Assembly (NCBI GenBank): GCA_946620645.1 | Contig: CAMONN010000001.1 | Location: 1-54,966 of the forward strand | Direction of reading: 5' to 3' | Origin: an uncultured Clostridia bacterium | GTDB lineage: Bacteria > Bacillota > Clostridia > Oscillospirales > Oscillospiraceae | Length of the DNA stretch: 54,966 nt | Shown: positions 50,798-54,966 of the stretch, in pieces | Layout: each line of letters begins with the position of its first letter | Numbering within the stretch: the first letter of the stretch is position 1 | Made by a program: the position numbers and the translations under genes | The notes under the pieces: generated by a model | Told to the model about the DNA's origin: nothing | The model's input: only the letters and a program-made list of their open reading frames with translations | Databases searched by the model: none

Positions 50798-52508
50798 CAT
50801 AGCAGGCGTCACAGTAGTTGGAAACGCTCCCGATGGGAAGCTCTTTCCCGCAGCCCCGGCAGCGCCGGATGTACTGGGATTTATTCTCCCGCATGAGCTC
50901 GGCAATGCGGTCGCAGATGTCGCTGCGCTCCTGCGTGCAGTCATCGGGGACGCCGATGCGGCGCAGCAGCTGGTGGCGTATGTCATAGGCCTTGTACTGG
51001 AGCTCACAGTCCAGCAGGGTTTCGGTGCCAAAGGGAGGCGGAGGAACCGACCGCCCGCGCAGGATGGCCCGCGCGCATTCCGTCCAGTAGCCCACCAGCT
51101 CCTCACTGCGGGTGTCCACGGGACAGGTGATCAGATCAAAGACCAGCTCCCGCCGGCGTGCTCCGGGGTTCATGCCCTTCAGGCACCTGAGCAGGATCCG
51201 GGCGTCTTTCATGTCCTCCCGCAGGAATTCCCGGTGCCTCTCCATCTGCTGCCAGGTTCGAAGCAGCAGGTCCAGCGGATAGCCGGTGTCCAGAACTTCC
51301 CTGGGAAAGGCAATGCAGGCGGCCCGGATGTTGGGGACGCGTTTTCCCAGCTTTTCCTGTATGACGGTTTTGTTTCCCAGCACCAGAACCTCGCCGAATT
51401 CGTTCAGGCCGTAACGCCCGGCCCGGCCGCCGATCTGGTTGACCTCGGCGGTGGTAAGGGTGCGGAAGTCCTTCCCGTCGAACTTTTCGGTCTCCGCGAA
51501 AATCACCCGCTTAATCGGCAGGGAAATGCCGAGGCCGATGGCGTCGGTGGCGACGACGATGTCGGTTTCACCGCCGGTATACTTGCGCACCTCGTTCCGC
51601 CGGGCCTCCGGCGGCAGGGCGCCGTAGATGACGCTGGCGCGGAAGCCGTTTTTTTCCAGAAGGGCGGCGGTGGACAGAACGCTCTTGCGGGAAAAGCAGA
51701 TGAGCGCGTCGTCCGGCCGGAGGTCCCGGTAGCCGTGACAGACCCCGCCGTAGCGCAGCGGCGCGAGACGGTGATGCTGCACGACGCTGTACTGATCGGA
51801 AAAGCGGGTAATGAGCTCCTCTACGTAGTGCTGGGCTTCCGGCGCCATGCAGATGTGAACCACCTCGGCATCCACCAGGCAGATGGCCTTCAGCCAGGCG
51901 GCGCCCCGGTCGGGATCGGCAATCAGCTGGGCCTCGTCGATCACCGCGGTTTTGAAATGGGTGTGATAATCGCAGAGCTCAATGGTGGAGGAGACAATCT
52001 GCGCGTTCTCCACGGAGATGGCCTCTTCGCCGGTCAGCATACTGCAGGCAATGCCGGCAGCGTTGATGCGGTCGAACATCTCCAGCGCCAGAAGACGCAG
52101 CGGACCCAGATAGGTGCCCGGGGTATTCTTCTTCAGGTCCTCAATGGCGTCATGGGTTTTGCCGCTGTTGGTGGGGCCCACATGCAGGACAAAGCTCCGC
52201 TTCAAGCTCCGGGCGCGTTCAATGTAGGCCTCCGGGGAATAGGCCTCAAACAGGGCGCGGATTTCGGCAATCTGCCGCTGCTCCCGCCGGGCGGCCTCTT
52301 TTTCCTCCCGGAGACGGGCCAGCGCGGGGCTCTGGAGGGCCTTTTCAATCTGCTCCTCCGGCCAGACGCCGACGGTCCACCAGGCGCCGCCCCGGCCCCG
52401 GACTTTTTTGAGCTGGGGGCGGGGAAGGTACTGCTGTATCTGATTTCGGGTCAGCCCGTACTGGCGCATAATCTGTTTCTGGGTCAGCGGGCGGTTCTTT
52501 TTGGACAT
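50775..52508 (-). CDS. SF2 helicase, SUV3-like, with a C-terminal zinc ribbon
   Basis: Motif I GPTNSGKTH, motif II DEAQ, ATDAIGLGISLP, QIGGRAGR, and a C-terminal CRGCG...CDAC. Confidence 0.75.
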   Translation of the reverse strand: MSKKNRPLTQKQIMRQYGLTRNQIQQYLPRPQLKKVRGRGGAWWTVGVWPEEQIEKALQSPALARLREEKEAARREQRQIAEIRALFEAYSPEAYIERARSLKRSFVLHVGPTNSGKTHDAIEDLKKNTPGTYLGPLRLLALEMFDRINAAGIACSMLTGEEAISVENAQIVSSTIELCDYHTHFKTAVIDEAQLIADPDRGAAWLKAICLVDAEVVHICMAPEAQHYVEELITRFSDQYSVVQHHRLAPLRYGGVCHGYRDLRPDDALICFSRKSVLSTAALLEKNGFRASVIYGALPPEARRNEVRKYTGGETDIVVATDAIGLGISLPIKRVIFAETEKFDGKDFRTLTTAEVNQIGGRAGRYGLNEFGEVLVLGNKTVIQEKLGKRVPNIRAACIAFPREVLDTGYPLDLLLRTWQQMERHREFLREDMKDARILLRCLKGMNPGARRRELVFDLITCPVDTRSEELVGYWTECARAILRGRSVPPPPFGTETLLDCELQYKAYDIRHQLLRRIGVPDDCTQERSDICDRIAELMRENKSQYIRRCRGCGKELPIGSVSNYCDACYENSRLPF

Positions 52509-52558
52509 TGAGTTTCTCCTGAAGGTCGGGACTCCGCCGATGCCGGCGGGGTGGCGTC

Positions 52559-52587
52559 ATTTTACATGATTCTTGCCCATTCTGCAA
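52559..52587 (-). promoter_or_regulatory. SigA-type promoter for the helicase gene
   Basis: On the minus strand: TTGCAG, 17-nt spacer, TAAAAT. Confidence 0.45.
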
Positions 52588-52681
52588 CTGTAAACGGAGA
52601 TCCCGCCGCCCTGTATCCGGCGCCCGCATCCGGAGAGGGAGCAGGGAGACGGCTGCAGGGGGATTTTTGTGACCGGAACGG

Positions 52682-52710
52682 TTGCACGCCGGCCCGGTTG
52701 CGGGTATAAT
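52682..52710 (+). promoter_or_regulatory. SigA-type promoter for lysA
   Basis: CGGTTGCAC, 17-nt spacer, TATAAT. It lies only about 37 nt before the ATG, leaving no room for a lysine riboswitch. Confidence 0.5.
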
Positions 52711-52746
52711 ACCCCCATATCTTTGAGAAGAAAGAAGGGCCTGCCC

Positions 52747-54048
52747 ATGATGCTGCTGTCAGAGAATATTACGAGAGCGCCGGACGGCACGCTGCTTTTT
52801 GCCGGACAGAGCGTCCCCGCCCTGGCGGAGCGCTACGGCACGCCGCTGTACCTGATGGACGAGGAGCGCATCCGTCAAAACTGCCGCCGTTATACCGCCA
52901 CCTTCCGGGAGTGTTTCGGTGAAGACGCCCTGCCGGTCTACGCCAGCAAGGCGGCATCTTTCCGGCAGATGTACCGCATCGCCGCGGAGGAGGGTCTGGG
53001 GGCGGACGTGGTATCCGCCGGCGAAATCCACACCGCCCTGACGGCGGGCTTTCCGGCGGAGAAGCTCTTCTTCCACGGCGACGGGAAGACGGATGCAGAC
53101 ATTCACTACGCGGTATCGGAACGGGTGGGCTTTTTTGTTGTGGATAACCCCGAGGAGCTGGAACAGCTGGCGCGGGAAGCCGCCCGGCAGGGGATCCGGC
53201 AGAAGGTGCTGCTGCGCATTACGCCGGGCATTGACCCCCACACCTACAAGGCTGTGACCACAGGAACCGTGGATGTGAAGTTCGGCGTTCCCATGGAAAC
53301 CGGCCAGGCCTTCGCCTTTGTGAAACAGGCGCTGGGGCTGCCGGCGCTGGAGGTCCGGGGCCTGCACTGCCATGTGGGCTCCCAGGTCTTTGACGAGACG
53401 GTGTTCGAGGACTGTGTGGACGTGATGACCGCCTTTATGGCGCGGCTGAAGCGGGAGCTGGGCTATGAGACCGGGATGCTGAACCTGGGAGGAGGCTACG
53501 GTGTGCGGTATCTGGACACAGACCGGCGGGTTGACATCCCCGCCAGAATCCGCAGTGTGGCCGCCCGCCTGAAGGCCCGCTGTGAGGAGCTGGATCTCAG
53601 CCTGCCGTTTTTCGTGATGGAGCCGGGCCGCAGCATTGTGGCGGACGCCGGTATGACGGTCTATACGGTGAGCAGCGTCAAACGCATTCCCGGCTACAAG
53701 TATTACGTGGTGGTGGACGGCGGCATGGCGGATAATCCCCGTTACTGCCTCTACGGGGCGCCCTATACGGTGCTCCATGCGGACCGGGAAACCGCGTTCT
53801 ACGCCGTCTACGACCTGGCAGGCCGCTGCTGTGAAAGCGGGGATATCATCCAGCCGACGGTGAAGCTTCCGGATGACACCCGGCGCGGCGACCACATCGC
53901 CGTGTGCACCACCGGGGCCTATAACTATTCCATGGCCTCCAACTACAACCGCCTCGGCCGCCCGCCGGTGGTAATGCTGCGGGATGGGGAGAGCTGCCTT
54001 GCGGTCCGCAGGGAAACCCTGGAAGACCTGACGGCGCTGGACTGCTGA
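52747..54048 (+). CDS. lysA: Diaminopimelate decarboxylase
   Basis: YGTPLYLMDE ... the PLP Lys lies in YASKA ... HCHVGSQ ... GGGYGV ... EPGRSIV ... CESGD are canonical fold-type III decarboxylase motifs. Confidence 0.9.
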   Translation: MMLLSENITRAPDGTLLFAGQSVPALAERYGTPLYLMDEERIRQNCRRYTATFRECFGEDALPVYASKAASFRQMYRIAAEEGLGADVVSAGEIHTALTAGFPAEKLFFHGDGKTDADIHYAVSERVGFFVVDNPEELEQLAREAARQGIRQKVLLRITPGIDPHTYKAVTTGTVDVKFGVPMETGQAFAFVKQALGLPALEVRGLHCHVGSQVFDETVFEDCVDVMTAFMARLKRELGYETGMLNLGGGYGVRYLDTDRRVDIPARIRSVAARLKARCEELDLSLPFFVMEPGRSIVADAGMTVYTVSSVKRIPGYKYYVVVDGGMADNPRYCLYGAPYTVLHADRETAFYAVYDLAGRCCESGDIIQPTVKLPDDTRRGDHIAVCTTGAYNYSMASNYNRLGRPPVVMLRDGESCLAVRRETLEDLTALDC

Positions 54049-54132
54049 GACCCGTTAAAAGGCCGGACCTCCCGGAGGGGCCTGCGCCCGGAGGAGAGGC
54101 CCGCGAACCGGCGCGGAGGGAGAAAATGGCGG

Positions 54133-54161
54133 TTGCATCCGTTCCCGGTTCGGACTATAAT
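54133..54161 (+). promoter_or_regulatory. SigA-type promoter for the terminal lipoprotein gene
   Basis: CGGTTGCAT, 17-nt spacer, TATAAT. Confidence 0.5.
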
Positions 54162-54229
54162 AAATTGTTACGGCTCTTCACGCCCTGCATGCCGCGGACA
54201 GACGTTCACGGAGGGAAAGGGGCGAAGAC

Positions 54230-54966
54230 ATGACGGAAAAGAGATTACACATGAAGATGATCAAGAGAAGATGGGCCGGTGTCCTCCTGCTGGTTCTTGC
54301 AGCGGCGGTGCTGTGCGGCTGCGGCCTCGCCGGGAACGGTTCTTCGGCGCCGAGGCTTCGCTTTCCGGGGCGCGTCAGGGCGAGAGCGGACGACACCCGG
54401 CTGAGCCTGGAAAAGCTGACCCATCAGGAGGTTCCCGAGGCGGCGGAGCTGCTGATGCAGATGACGGCGCTGGAGGAGCTGGACCTGGGCAGCGACGGCC
54501 TGTGGACCGGGGACGGAGAGGCGGCTGATGCCGGAACTCCGGCGGCCCCCCGGGACCTGACCCCGGAAGACCTGCTGACCCTGCGCCGGGCCGCGCCGGA
54601 GGCGGCGTTTCTCTACCGCTTCCGCCTCTACGGCCGGGACTTTACCACCGCTGACGAGGTCATGGACCTGAAGGATGTTACTGTAACGGATGAGGCGGCT
54701 GCCCTGGAGGAAATTCTCCCGCTGATGGAGCGCTGCCGGACGCTGGACATGGATTCCTGCGGAGTTTCAGACCAGGGGATGGTCCGGCTCCGGGAGGCCT
54801 GGCCGGAGATGAATGTAATCTGGCGGGTGAAGGCCGGGGACGGCCTCAGCTTCCGGACGGACAGCACGGAGCTGGATCTCTCAAGCCTCTCCCACCGGGA
54901 TGTGGCGGAGACGGCGGAGGCACTGAAGCTGATGCCGGACCTGAAAACCGTGGAGCTGGGCACCGA
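54230..54966 (+). CDS. Putative lipoprotein with leucine-rich-repeat-like segments (3' end lies outside the window)
   Basis: My own translation in frame 2: MTEKRLHMKMIKRRWAGVLLLVLAAAVLCGCG..., then LEELDLGS, TLDMDSCGVSDQG and TELDLSSLSH. The frame is open to the window edge, so it is absent from the supplied track. The SD GGAGGGAAAGGGG lies upstream. Confidence 0.6.
   Translation, partial: MTEKRLHMKMIKRRWAGVLLLVLAAAVLCGCGLAGNGSSAPRLRFPGRVRARADDTRLSLEKLTHQEVPEAAELLMQMTALEELDLGSDGLWTGDGEAADAGTPAAPRDLTPEDLLTLRRAAPEAAFLYRFRLYGRDFTTADEVMDLKDVTVTDEAAALEEILPLMERCRTLDMDSCGVSDQGMVRLREAWPEMNVIWRVKAGDGLSFRTDSTELDLSSLSHRDVAETAEALKLMPDLKTVELGT

Noticed and set aside
49405-52511. 450-aa minus-strand ORF (49405-50757) and 512-aa plus-strand ORF (50973-52511), antisense to the symporter and the helicase respectively.
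   Set aside because: The opposite strands carry the DAACS and SF2 helicase motifs. The antisense translations are low-complexity.
52711-52746. A lysine riboswitch upstream of lysA.
   Set aside because: Only about 37 nt separate the -10 box from the ATG, so no aptamer can fit.
54133-54963. Track ORFs 54133-54528 (plus strand) and 54628-54963 (minus strand).
   Set aside because: The first starts inside a promoter -35 box and is Gly/Arg-rich. The second is antisense and Ser/Arg-rich. An alternative frame gives a lipoprotein with a proper SD and signal peptide.
1-54966. A search of the whole window for CRISPR repeats, transposase/integrase genes, phage modules, tRNA/rRNA genes, toxin-antitoxin pairs and known defence-system genes.
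   Set aside because: I found none. The intergenic regions are short (at most about 320 nt) and are accounted for by promoters, terminators, one riboswitch and the mgtE leader. I noticed no long direct or inverted repeats bounding any segment.

Overview
This is a high-GC (about 60-65%), Clostridia-like chromosomal segment, densely coding, with about 50 genes. I saw no rRNA or tRNA genes, CRISPR array, transposase, integrase, phage genes or recognisable defence system.

Gene content from left to right:
- 1-2 kb: the 3' end of a rubrerythrin gene and a repeat-containing secreted surface protein.
- 2-8.4 kb: a LysR regulator divergent from iorAB (indolepyruvate:ferredoxin oxidoreductase), a Dabb protein and a membrane transporter, facing a But-type CoA-transferase.
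- 8.6-14.6 kb: housekeeping genes, namely an orphan moaC, a STAS protein, mutY, a secreted protein of unknown function, deoD, udk and tdk.
- 14.6-22.9 kb: a two-gene SufC/SufB-like pair runs straight into a nickel-pincer cofactor (Lar) locus. The locus is split as larA, a nicotinamidase-like hydrolase, mgtE, then larB-larE-larC.
- 22.8-29 kb: a GH2 glycosidase, a histidine phosphatase, a 905-aa multi-cluster Fe-S flavoprotein, two tiny coupled ORFs and ridA.
- 29.1-49.3 kb: a cobalamin riboswitch followed by a roughly 20-kb, 21-gene same-strand B12 operon. Gene order is cbiF, cbiET, cbiA, cobT, cobU, cobS, a short cobU-like gene, cobC, cbiB, cobD, cbiP, cbiC, a Cys-rich small protein, cbiD, cbiG, cbiH and cbiJ. 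It ends in a lipoprotein CbiK-like chelatase and a BtuFCD-like ABC importer.
- 49.5-55 kb: an SstT/DAACS-type symporter, a SUV3-like helicase, lysA and a truncated leucine-rich-repeat (LRR)-like lipoprotein.

Most of the window is ordinary core and cofactor metabolism. The parts I cannot explain by textbook annotation are:
- the predicted extracytoplasmic tetrapyrrole module at the end of the B12 operon: a lipoprotein chelatase, a substrate-binding protein with two extra N-terminal modules, and an ATPase with an extra C-terminal domain;
- the Cys-rich gene inside the cbi core;
- the complementary cobU pair;
- the composition of the Lar locus: a three-Cys LarE next to a SufCB-like pair, plus a pncA-like gene and an mgtE whose leader shows no recognisable M-box.

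Many long ORFs in the supplied track are antisense shadows typical of high-GC DNA. I rejected these.
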